Assembly: GCA_963665235.2 (NCBI GenBank)
Contig: CAXXLX010000001.1
Location: 640,001-704,000 of the forward strand
Direction of reading: 5' to 3'
DNA from: Candidatus Poribacteria bacterium
GTDB lineage: Bacteria; Poribacteria; WGA-4E; WGA-3G
DNA length: 64,000 nucleotides
A program made the position numbers and the translations under genes. The notes beneath the pieces are model-generated. The model was not told the DNA's origin. It saw only the letters and a list, made by a program, of their open reading frames with translations, and searched no databases. Of this stretch, positions 1-8,519 are shown in pieces; the stretch's first letter is position 1; each line of letters opens with the position of its first letter.

Positions 1-335
1 GTGTAGAGCACTTCATCCACCAATATAACCCACTTTCCATTAATGTCAAAAGGCAGGTCCGTGCCGCTCTGCTTCATCTGTGCTTCGTGAAGATTGATAT
101 CATCGCGATGAAGTGTCACATCAATTGCCCCGACCGGCACGTTGATGTTTTCAATGTGCCCCAGGTTTTCGGCAATTCGGTGGGCGATGGTATCCCCACG
201 GCTCTTAACACCGACCAGCACTAACTCCCCGATATGTTGGTGATTTCGTTCCAAAATCTCGTGGGCGATTCTGATTAACGCCCGGCGAATTTCTTCTGGG
301 TTCATGACTTGGGCTTTCTCACGCAATTGAATCAT
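1..335 (-). CDS. pyrR: Bifunctional pyrimidine regulatory protein/uracil phosphoribosyltransferase (runs off the window edge)
   Basis: Manual translation gives MIQLREKAQVMNPEEIRRALIRIAHEILERN...VGVKSRG...GAIDVTLHRDD...VILVDEVLY, a PyrR signature. Not in the ORF track because it is truncated. Confidence 0.93.
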   Translation of the reverse strand, partial: MIQLREKAQVMNPEEIRRALIRIAHEILERNHQHIGELVLVGVKSRGDTIAHRIAENLGHIENINVPVGAIDVTLHRDDINLHEAQMKQSGTDLPFDINGKWVILVDEVLY

Positions 336-391
336 GGGGTCTCCGCTCACCTGCGCCGTTGTTGCAGGCGGGTCTCTTATTAAATAAGCAT

Positions 392-426
392 AAAAAAAAT
401 CCCCTCACCCAAATAGAGTGAGAAGA
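392..426 (-). terminator. Attenuator terminator of the pyrR leader
   Basis: Minus strand reads CTTCTCACTC-TATTT-GGGTGAGGGG-ATTTTTTTT, a hairpin plus U-tract about 55 nt upstream of the pyrR ATG. Confidence 0.75.
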
Positions 427-572
427 GATGGATTAAAAGCAAAACCGATGGTGCAAAATTGATGGGAATTTTATGCTGGACTCCCGATGTTTCTATCGAG
501 AAGCATGCGGGCCGAGTGTCCGTTCGCTGTGAGAAATTATAGGCAATGTCAAGCCTCAAAGTGTCGTGTAAC

Positions 573-610
573 ATCCTTTTTCCACCTCTCCGGATGGGAT
601 TAAAAAGGGT
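573..610 (-). promoter_or_regulatory. PyrR-binding RNA loop (pyr attenuation leader)
   Basis: Minus strand CCCTTTTTAATCCCATCCGGAGAGGTGGAAAAAGG matches the UUUAA...UCCNGNGAGGY...AAGG PyrR binding-loop consensus. Confidence 0.85.
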
Positions 611-641
611 TTCTGAACATCAAAGTTAATCATTCACACAT

Positions 642-670
642 ATTATAACATATTTACCACAAAATTGCAA
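642..670 (-). promoter_or_regulatory. sigma70 promoter of pyrR
   Basis: TTGCAA-17 bp-TATAAT with an extended -10 TG on the minus strand. Confidence 0.7.
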
Positions 671-684
671 ATTTTAAATACGAC

Positions 685-1291
685 TTACGCGGTTTGGTTG
701 ACCATGCTACAGAGGATGCCGAGGATTTTGTCACATCGCGTAATCTGATAAACCGCTATATCGATGTGGAGTTTTTGCTCCTCCAATTTGAGAAATCGCC
801 ACTCTGTGCCTGTCGTGGCAGCTCCATAGATGATGGGAATATCATTCCCTTTTTCCGCATTGAAACGTTGCGCTGCAAGCATCTCTGCGACACATTGCCC
901 AAGCCCGGGTGCCGGGTCCTTCTTTCTTTGCCTCAACAAGAACGATGACCGGTGCCTCCAGAAAAGATTGTATCGGTGAGAGGCTCACTAAAAAATCACA
1001 CGTGCCGGTTAACCCCCTTTCTGCGTCTACGTTGAAGTCAATCCCTGAAAACAAACTGATTCGGTAATCAAATTGCTCAAGAAGTTCAAATACAACATTC
1101 GCGACAATTAGTTCTGAGCGGGCTTTTTCCGTATTTATAGCGGCGGCTATCGGTACCTTTTTCGCCAACACTGTTGTGAGGAGTTCACTCGGCTCCACCG
1201 GTTCTATTTCGGCAAAGATGTCTGTGCGTTCAACAAGTTCCAATTGAAATTCTTGTCGCACTGTCTCCAGTGTCCAATTGCTATACGCCAT
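685..1291 (-). pseudogene. Frameshifted PD-(D/E)XK-like hypothetical protein
   Basis: ORF 842..1291 (MAYSNWTLE...CDFL...EAKKE) continues in another frame as DPAPGLGQCVAEMLAAQRFN...IYGAATTGTEWRFL. The shift lies in the AAAGAAAGAAGG tract near 920-930. Confidence 0.7.
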
Positions 1292-1361
1292 GTCGTTGGC
1301 CCTTCCGCTACAAGCTTATTTTGTAAAATTCCTTTCAACAGCCATTTTACCTTCAATCTGC

Positions 1362-1598
1362 TCAAGTACCCACTCCCGAATTAGATTCGGGTGAGAGCCC
1401 GCGCGACTGCGCGAGTCCTTCAATAATCTCAAATTCTTCAGGTTCCAATCTTAGGGGAACTAAGGTTTCAAAAACAGGTTCACCTACTTCCTCAAGCTCG
1501 TCTTCAAAATCGGTTAAGTCGTGTGTATCCCAGAAATCAGCGAGCTCCTGAATTGAATCGGTCTGTGGAATATTTGTACGATTCATTGTTTCCTCCAT
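1362..1598 (-). CDS. CopG/BrnA-like antitoxin, orphan and possibly C-terminally degenerate
   Basis: IPQTDSIQELADFWDTHDLTDF motif typical of CopG-family antitoxins; no adjacent toxin ORF. Confidence 0.65.
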   Translation of the reverse strand: MEETMNRTNIPQTDSIQELADFWDTHDLTDFEDELEEVGEPVFETLVPLRLEPEEFEIIEGLAQSRGLSPESNSGVGT

Positions 1599-2383
1599 TA
1601 TTCCCCCTGCACAGCACTAATCTCATCTTCAGAAATCTTATGGACACTCTTTGGATTGAACGTCTGTGTCGTGTCTACACGCAGCGCCACCTCAATCCTG
1701 CCGCCTGTTAGCACAAAGAACTGAATCAGGAAACCCCCACCCTGCATCGCTTCGACCTGATATTCCGCTGTGTCAAGCCCGCCAATCCATTTTGGTAAAG
1801 CAGTTTCAAAGTTTGGGTGTGTGATAACGTTTTCGGGCAATGCAATGATGAGCGTCCCAGGCATATCCCCAATTGCATCCCCGATAACCTGGCGTTTCTC
1901 TACCATAAACGGCACAACCTGCTCAGCATAGCCAAAATTGTCATCGGCGACAATTCGTTCTGGCGGGACAAGTCCCCACGTCAAGTGATGGATAAACGGA
2001 TTGCCATACCCCTGTCCAAGCATGTGTTCCAAAGCCGCCTTGTCCACAGGATGAACAACCGCGACATAGTCAAACCACCCCTCCTGTCGTGCTGGACTAT
2101 CGGCGGGCAGGCGAGCAGAGACGTTTATATAATCACACCCATCCACAGGCGATGGATAACACCGCGCATCCCAACCGTTGACATAACCGAGCTGTTTCAA
2201 ACCGTCAGCGACGAGATGAGGCGGGTCACAGAAAATCGCAGCGTGGTCCATGTTCGGATAGATTTCTATACCTGCACCGAGGATATGTTTGGCAACACCG
2301 AGTGCCTCATCAAAACGTAAATCAGCGTTCTCAATTTTTAAGTAATCCGCGAAATTTGTAGGCAATGCAATTGTGTCTTCCAT
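1598..2383 (-). CDS. Hypothetical protein, possible divergent VOC-fold metalloenzyme
   Basis: 261 aa ORF with GGAGG RBS; DHAA, IHHL and IQFF...IEVALR give a His/His/Glu spacing reminiscent of VOC dioxygenases. Confidence 0.55.
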   Translation of the reverse strand: MEDTIALPTNFADYLKIENADLRFDEALGVAKHILGAGIEIYPNMDHAAIFCDPPHLVADGLKQLGYVNGWDARCYPSPVDGCDYINVSARLPADSPARQEGWFDYVAVVHPVDKAALEHMLGQGYGNPFIHHLTWGLVPPERIVADDNFGYAEQVVPFMVEKRQVIGDAIGDMPGTLIIALPENVITHPNFETALPKWIGGLDTAEYQVEAMQGGGFLIQFFVLTGGRIEVALRVDTTQTFNPKSVHKISEDEISAVQGE

Positions 2384-2424
2384 GAGAGTCCTCCATTCCT
2401 GCTCCTATTAGCACTATCCTACCA

Positions 2425-2772
2425 TCAGTTTAACAAAAAAATCGCTTTCGGAAGCGGCGGAAGCTGGAAACAATAAAACTTGGAATTATACAAGCTATCC
2501 TTCCCTTTTGATAAGTCTCGCACAAACAGGATCTGTTTACCATCCGGAAACCAGCGCGGATCGCTATCAAAAAATTCCGAATGCGTGAGGCGGTGAACGT
2601 TTCGACCGTTATCGTCCATCACGTAAAGCTGGCGGGTCCTCCCATCACTACGCCTACTGTTAAAAACAATCTTGGCGTGAGGGGTTTGTTGTAACAACAG
2701 CAAAAGAAAAACAACGACTAGGATGGCACCGCGCCGAAACCTACAGGACCCGATAGGAAGTTTATGTTTCAT
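2425..2772 (-). pseudogene. Truncated TolB/PD40 beta-propeller protein fragment
   Basis: Signal peptide then KIVFNSRR...LYVMDDNGRNVHRLT...PRWFPDGKQILF; ends after about one propeller blade. Confidence 0.7.
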
Positions 2773-2997
2773 GAGAAAACTCCTTTTGAGGAATGCGGCT
2801 GCTCTGATGAGAGACAGCGCCGTATCTTTCAACTACAACAACATAGTAACATATATGGAAAAAATCGTCAAGAAAAAAGGGGGGTTGACGTTATTTTGGC
2901 ATTGCAAAAATAACCGAATCTTGCTAATATAGACGCATGTAGATGCTGAAACGTCACACAATTCAAAACGTTCCTATAACACAAAAGAGGAAAATTC

Positions 2998-3786
2998 ATG
3001 AGAAAAAATACCTTTCGAGAATTGCTCAACGCTGACAAACCCACCGTCGGCACACATATCCATACCACCTGGCCCTCCATCGTTGAGGCGATTGGACACA
3101 CCGGAATGTATGACTATGTCGAATTTGTGGGAGAATATGGCCCATTTGATCTGCACGATTTGGATAATTTATGCAGGGCAGCAGAACTTCATAACATCTC
3201 CACGATGATTAAGGTAGACCAGGAGCCGCGCGGTTTCATCGCACAACGTGCAATCGGTTCAGGTTTTCAGAGTGTGCTTTACGCCGATTGCCAAAACGTT
3301 GAAGATGTGAAGGAGTGTGTCCGGACTACACGGGCGGATACGCCAGAGGATGGCGGCAGTTACGGCGTGGCTACTCGCAGATTCGCCTATATGGGATACG
3401 GCGGCGGCCCACAATACGTACAAGCTTTACGAGATGTGGTCGTTGTTATTATGATTGAGAAACAGGGGACCGTCGAAAACCTCGAAGAGGTGTTATCTGT
3501 TGAAGGGGTTGATATGATTCAGTGGGGCGGCTCCGATTATTCCATGAGTATTGGCAAAGTCGGGCAGCGCGGCTCCCCAGAAATCCAAGAGACAGAGCGG
3601 CGCGTCTTTGAAACCGCCATCAAAATGGGGGTACCGCCTCGTGCAGAAATCGGGAGCGCGGATGGCGCGAAACGTTTTCTCGATATGGGCGTACGGCATT
3701 TCTGCATCGGCACCGATATTTCCATCCTCTACGGATGGTGGCGCGAACATGGCGATGGACTTCGGAAAGCTCTCGAAGGACATTAG
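2998..3786 (+). CDS. HpcH/HpaI-family aldolase
   Basis: YDYVEFVGEY, VVIMIE, GVDMIQWGGSDYSMSIG motifs; GAGG RBS. Confidence 0.88.
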   Translation: MRKNTFRELLNADKPTVGTHIHTTWPSIVEAIGHTGMYDYVEFVGEYGPFDLHDLDNLCRAAELHNISTMIKVDQEPRGFIAQRAIGSGFQSVLYADCQNVEDVKECVRTTRADTPEDGGSYGVATRRFAYMGYGGGPQYVQALRDVVVVIMIEKQGTVENLEEVLSVEGVDMIQWGGSDYSMSIGKVGQRGSPEIQETERRVFETAIKMGVPPRAEIGSADGAKRFLDMGVRHFCIGTDISILYGWWREHGDGLRKALEGH

Positions 3787-3796
3787 CGTAATTGTC

Positions 3797-4046
3797 GTAG
3801 GGGCGGGGTCACCCCGCCCGCATAACGAAAGCACAATCGCAGGGGCGGGGTCACCCCGCCCGCATAACGAAAGCACAATCGTAGGGGCGGGGTCACCCCG
3901 CCCGCATAACGAAAGCACAATCGTAGGGGCGGGGTCACCCCGCCCGCATAACGAAAGCACAATCGTAGGGGCGGGGGGTCACCCCGGGGTCACCCCGCCC
4001 GCATAACGAAAGCACAATCGTAGGGGCGGGGTCACCCCGCCCTTAC
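3797..4046 (+). repeat. Tandem array of 6 REP units (42-bp period)
   Basis: GTAGGGGCGGGGTCACCCCGCCC palindrome plus constant linker GCATAACGAAAGCACAATC; unit starts at 3797, 3839, 3881, 3923, 3965 and 4020. Confidence 0.9.
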
Positions 4047-4065
4047 AGGAATGAGACACGCTCTC

Positions 4066-4794
4066 CTAAAGCATCGCCTGCATCTTTTCAGCGACCCAGT
4101 CCACAGCGACATCAATCATGACCTGCCCCTTCTCTGCTGTTGCAAGTTTGGCTTGGTGATGATATTTTCTGTCCGCCGTCGCCTGTCCCTCGTTAGAAAT
4201 TGTGAGTTTCGCGCTGTCGTAATCTACGCCGTGCCAATCCACGTTTTCGGCAAAAGCAGCAAGCGCGAACGCCGTTTCAAACTCCGCAGCGTGCCCCGGG
4301 CACTCCTTGGACTCCATCTGCTCCTCAACCAACTCGCGGGTATACGCCTCCCAATAGGAGTGAAACGCGATGTTGATACCTAATTTTTCACGGAAACCGT
4401 CCAAACGCTGATGCACCGGACCCGCATTGCCCGCATGCCCGTTGACAATCAGGATATTGTCAATACCGTGGCGACGCATGCTATCCGCCACATCGTACAG
4501 GACTTCACCGAAGACCTCCGCGCGAAGCGTAAGCGTGCCTTTGTGGTCCATCCAGTGCTCCGATACGCCAATTGCTAACGGCGTTGTGACAATCACCTGC
4601 GGAAACAACTTTTCAGCAGCCAATTTAGAGACATACACCGCACTTTGTGTGTCGTGATACATCGCCAAGTGCTCATTATGTTGCTCAGTACTGCCGGTCG
4701 GAATAATCGCGCCTTTGAGTGTGCCAGCATCAATCGCCTCACGGACATATCGCCGCTGGTTCTCCCAAAGTAGCACGGATTTGATTTGAGACAT
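4066..4794 (-). CDS. Creatininase/mycofactocin peptidase family amidohydrolase
   Basis: PTGSTEQH, GVSEHW, VNGHAGN and HAAEFET motifs. Confidence 0.9.
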   Translation of the reverse strand: MSQIKSVLLWENQRRYVREAIDAGTLKGAIIPTGSTEQHNEHLAMYHDTQSAVYVSKLAAEKLFPQVIVTTPLAIGVSEHWMDHKGTLTLRAEVFGEVLYDVADSMRRHGIDNILIVNGHAGNAGPVHQRLDGFREKLGINIAFHSYWEAYTRELVEEQMESKECPGHAAEFETAFALAAFAENVDWHGVDYDSAKLTISNEGQATADRKYHHQAKLATAEKGQVMIDVAVDWVAEKMQAML

Positions 4795-4947
4795 TGTGTA
4801 ACCTCCAATTTTGATTTAGGGGCGGCTGCATCTGTCGGATTTTCTGTGTTCAACCCTACAGTGAAACCGCTCCGAAATATACTAATACCATTTTTATTAA
4901 TTATCCTATCATTACCGGTCGTTAGAAATGAAACGGAGAACGGAAGA

Positions 4948-5096
4948 CACAAACTGGAAGTTTATGCTACAAGAAAGCACAAACTGGAAGTTTATGCTAC
5001 AAGAAAGCACAAACTGGAAGTTTATGCTACAATAAAGCACAAACTGGAAGTTTATGCTACAAGACCGCACAAACTGGAAGTTTATGCTACAATAAA
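4948..5096 (-). repeat. Tandem array of 5 REP units (30-bp period)
   Basis: Minus strand GTAG-CATAAACT-TCC-AGTTTGTG-C hairpin repeated five times. Confidence 0.88.
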
Positions 5097-5128
5097 GAGA
5101 CATTTCCAATTAGAAATGGTATAACCTT

Positions 5129-5660
5129 TCAAGCTCTTTTCTCTTTCAAGCGAAATATTGTTTCAGGATATGCTGTTTCTCGATTCTTTTCAGTCCGATT
5201 CAGGACAGGCCGCTTGTGTTGATTGACGATGTGCATACCTGCCATATCAGCAATAGTCGGATACATATCAAACTTATCGTTTGCAACAACGAAAACATCG
5301 TTGGCTCATGTAAAGGATGAGTGCTAAAAAAAGTTTAATCCCTGTGACCATTGACTTTATCACAAGCAATCGCACATACTTTTTACATGAGCGGACATGT
5401 TTTGTCGTCTCCGCCTCTTTAATCTTTTCGAAGGACAGTGTCCAATTCAGGTCATCGCCAAGTTCATCTTTCCACTGCTTCTCTCGGCGGCTTTGTCCAT
5501 AATAATCTTCTAAGCTCTGTAGCGGAATCAGTGTTGTCCCCTTCTCAGGACTCGTTTCGAGGTGTCCGTACTGAATTAAGTAGGAGATATTCGCAGTGGT
5601 AACGTTTTTATTGAGATGTTTCGAAGCCCATTGGCTTGCCTGTTTGAGTGTCAGAAGCAT
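5129..5660 (-). pseudogene. Site-specific DNA methyltransferase remnant (N- and C-terminal ends only)
   Basis: N-terminus MLLTLKQASQWAS...NISYLIQYG...LNWTLSF...ETTKHV and C-terminus DVFVVANDKFDMYPTIA...KRPVLNRTEK...ETIFRLKEK resemble a family of modification methylases. The catalytic core is absent. A TTGACA-17-TATACT promoter lies at 5725-5753. Confidence 0.72.
5303..5393. mobile_element. 91-bp MITE with IS1595-type ends
   Basis: Ends GGCTCATGTAAAGGATGAGTGC and (reverse complement) CGCTCATGTAAAAAGTATGTGC resemble the TIR GGCTCATGTAAAAATTAAGTGC of the IS at 13752. Confidence 0.8.
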
Positions 5661-5769
5661 TTCAGGTCCCTGTGTTATGAAGACAATAGAATTCTCGTTG
5701 CAGATGCACATGTTCACTAAAATCAGTATACCAAATATACACCTAATTGTCAAGGATGGTGGAAAAGGG

Positions 5770-6012
5770 GGGTGTGTAAAGTTTCTGTACAAGTTAATCT
5801 ATTGATGCTTAGTATTTGGGAAACCAACGGTTCCCCACTCCTACAGCAAAACGCATCGCCCATCACAACCGTGCTCGTAGTAGGGAAACCATTTATTGCC
5901 CATCGCAGCCCTGATTCTAGGAGCAAAACCCATCGCCCATCACAACCCTATACGACACGACGGGCGATGAATCGCCCTACTACAAACGGGTGTACGAAAA
6001 CTTTACACACCC
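5770..6012. mobile_element. MITE with an internal REP doublet
   Basis: TIRs GGGTGTGTAAAGTTTCTGTACA and TGTACGAAAACTTTACACACCC, flanked by the direct repeat AAAAGGG; inverted GTAGTAGGG... REP pair at 5877-5983. Confidence 0.75.
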
Positions 6013-6148
6013 AAAAGGGGCAGGGCGTAAAGTTTCTGGCATAGAGGCACAAACTTTTGTTCTCTTTAGTCCCGTAGGGACGATATATTTATAGAAGCAC
6101 ACAACACACCCCAAAAATAGCCCCAGCGGGGCGGTATGTTTATAGAAT

Positions 6149-6579
6149 GTGATAGACCCCCAGCTAAAGCATGGGGGCTTCCGCAAAGTTATGCGAAAGC
6201 GTTCGTGCGATTAACGACCTTGTTTAGAAAACCTATAGCGGTTCTCCAGGGACAGAAGCCTACTGCAACAGACACTACCCTGACTGCGACACCGAAGTGT
6301 CCTTGTGAAATTTGTTTTGAGTCGTATTGTTCAAACGGGTTTCAGCATTACCTGTCTTTCCCTACTAACGACTGTCGTGCTACACTTTCTGACTAAGACA
6401 TTAGAGCTTTACACTATAGGAAGTCTAATCAGGAGGCGCGTAACTGCCCTCTATAGCAACCGTACACTCTAAATTTATTAGACGCTATTTTCACTAAAAG
6501 GTTTGGTGTGCAATCAAAGTTTTTAGCGGTGTCTACATCCCCCAGCTAAAGCTTGGGGGTTTTGACACCGAAGACAAAG
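6149..6579 (+). mobile_element. Non-autonomous IS200/IS605-family element (no ORF; possible omegaRNA-like RNA)
   Basis: Subterminal hairpins CCCCCAGCTAAAGCATGGGGG and CCCCCAGCTAAAGCTTGGGGG...CCGAAGACAAAG|ATAA, the same end architecture as the IsrB element. Confidence 0.75.
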
Positions 6580-6766
6580 ATAATCGCTTGCACAGCACGC
6601 TCCTACATAAGAGGGGAAGGTAGGCCCTTAACGATTTCCACCGTCTTGAGGCTCACGGTGATGACGCGGGCGATTAAGTCTACGATATTGAGAGTATAAT
6701 AACAGCTGTGATAGGACAAATCAAGGATTTTTTTAATTGTCATGCTAAAAGAAACATAATCAGCTC

Positions 6767-6838
6767 GTAGTAGGGCGATTCATCGCCCGTTGGTGATAGA
6801 AAAGGTTAGCGACGGGCAATAAATGGTTCCCCTACTAC
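6767..6838. repeat. Inverted REP doublet (REPIN-like), followed by AATCCGCGC short repeats
   Basis: GTAGTAGGGCGATTCATCGCCC ... GGGCAATAAATGGTTCCCCTACTAC, the same family as 5877-5983; AATCCGCG repeated about four times at 6839-6876. Confidence 0.8.
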
Positions 6839-6965
6839 AATCCGCGCAATCCGCGCAATCCGCGACAATCCGCGATTCAGACGATATTAAAATCCGAAAA
6901 ATGTCGAAATATGGTAATATATGATAGCGTCCATTGTTTAACTTTTAGAGGCCGGAGGCATTAAA

Positions 6966-8501
6966 ATGACATTTTTCTCCCACGCTTTCACAAAATCATC
7001 CGTTTTGATAGGTGTGCTTATCGTTGCATATCTGCTGCCGATATGGTTGTTTCCCTATTTTCCAACACAGGATGGCGTGAGTCACGTCTATAACTCACAA
7101 ATTCTAACGGAGTACGGCAACCCGACCTATCAATTTCGCGACTATTACGATATTAATTGGTTTCCATTTCCGAATTGGCTATCGCATGCTTCGCTGGCAC
7201 TGCTGCTGTTCATCTTTCCGCCGTTAATCGCCGAGAAGGTTTTTCTGAGTCTATACGTTATCCTATTTCCGTTTGCCATCCGTTATTTCTTAAATGCTGT
7301 TCAGTCTGGCAGGGATGCACTGGTAATCCTAAGCTTCACGTTTATCTACAATTACCTGCTATTGATGGGTTTCTACAACTTTGCCGTGAGTGTCCCGCTG
7401 TTTTTCTTAGCACTGGGATACTGGTGGAGACATAGAGAGACGTTGACTACAACGCGTATTGTCCTGCTGAACCTGCTTATCATCGTCATCTATTTTGCGC
7501 ATCTCATCTCCTACGCGTTTGTTCTATTCTCTATTGCCCTGCTCACCGTGATTCATTTCAGACGCAACCTGAAGCGAATTCTTATCACCGGGTGTGCTGT
7601 TTTACCTGCTGCGTTATTGCTCATAGTTTACCTACCAACGTCTGACCTGCTAGCAGGCGGTCCACCTAAATTTGAGTTGGGACGTGTAGGTGAACTGTTA
7701 GAGAACGCCGTCGGCATGTATGTGTTAGTTGCCTATAACGAGAATCAGGTGTGGATTTCCTATGCGGTCTTTGCATGCCTGCTTTTCCTCAGCATCTGGA
7801 CATTTTGGCAGAACAGAAAACCATCAACAGAGTCGGTAGCAGGACAGGGGGCGTTTTTAATCCTGTTTGGCGTGCTTTTCCTACTCTATTTAATCCTGCC
7901 AGGCTCCATAGGTCCGGGCGGTTGGGTGAACGATAGGTTATTGATTTTGGCGGCCCTTTTAATATTCGCCTGTTTCCGGTTAAGCGAGCACATTAGGTGG
8001 CAGCAGGTGTTCACAGGATTGGTGACGCTGCTTGCCATTGTGAATGTCCTCTATATCGGCATTCTCTGCAAAACGCTGAACGCAGAATTACGTCAGTTTA
8101 ATGCCTTTGTAGACAGGGTTGAGAAGAACACCGTTATCTTACCGCTCCAATTTGAGGCGACTGGCGAATCGCTCAGAATAGGCATCTTTGTCAACGCGGC
8201 GAACTACTACTGTCTCGATAACGGGTGTATTAATCTCGGCAACTACGAGGTGCAGTTCGACTATTTTCCGATTCGCTTCAAAACGGATTTTGAGACACCG
8301 ATAGCTGAAAAGGAGTGGGTGCAAATTGTCCACTGGACACCGGAAGCAATTGACCTATGCAATTACGCGGACAACGTTGATTATTTGCTGCTTTGGGGGG
8401 TTCCGGAAGAAGAGAAGGTCGCTGCCGAAATTGCTGCGTGTTATACATTAATTGCTACGGAGGGACGACTAAAACTCTATGAGGGCAAGCGGGGATTGTA
8501 G
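6966..8501 (+). CDS. Polytopic membrane protein, GT-C glycosyltransferase-like
   Basis: About 11-12 hydrophobic segments, an early loop PTQDGVSH, a MGFYNF motif and a C-terminal soluble domain. Confidence 0.6.
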   Translation: MTFFSHAFTKSSVLIGVLIVAYLLPIWLFPYFPTQDGVSHVYNSQILTEYGNPTYQFRDYYDINWFPFPNWLSHASLALLLFIFPPLIAEKVFLSLYVILFPFAIRYFLNAVQSGRDALVILSFTFIYNYLLLMGFYNFAVSVPLFFLALGYWWRHRETLTTTRIVLLNLLIIVIYFAHLISYAFVLFSIALLTVIHFRRNLKRILITGCAVLPAALLLIVYLPTSDLLAGGPPKFELGRVGELLENAVGMYVLVAYNENQVWISYAVFACLLFLSIWTFWQNRKPSTESVAGQGAFLILFGVLFLLYLILPGSIGPGGWVNDRLLILAALLIFACFRLSEHIRWQQVFTGLVTLLAIVNVLYIGILCKTLNAELRQFNAFVDRVEKNTVILPLQFEATGESLRIGIFVNAANYYCLDNGCINLGNYEVQFDYFPIRFKTDFETPIAEKEWVQIVHWTPEAIDLCNYADNVDYLLLWGVPEEEKVAAEIAACYTLIATEGRLKLYEGKRGL

Positions 8502-8519
8502 GTATATAACCGCTCTTCA

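Noticed and set aside
6607-6690. Possible riboswitch or sRNA behind a weak minus-strand promoter
   Set aside because: Only one small hairpin is present, there is no downstream gene and it matches no motif I recognise.
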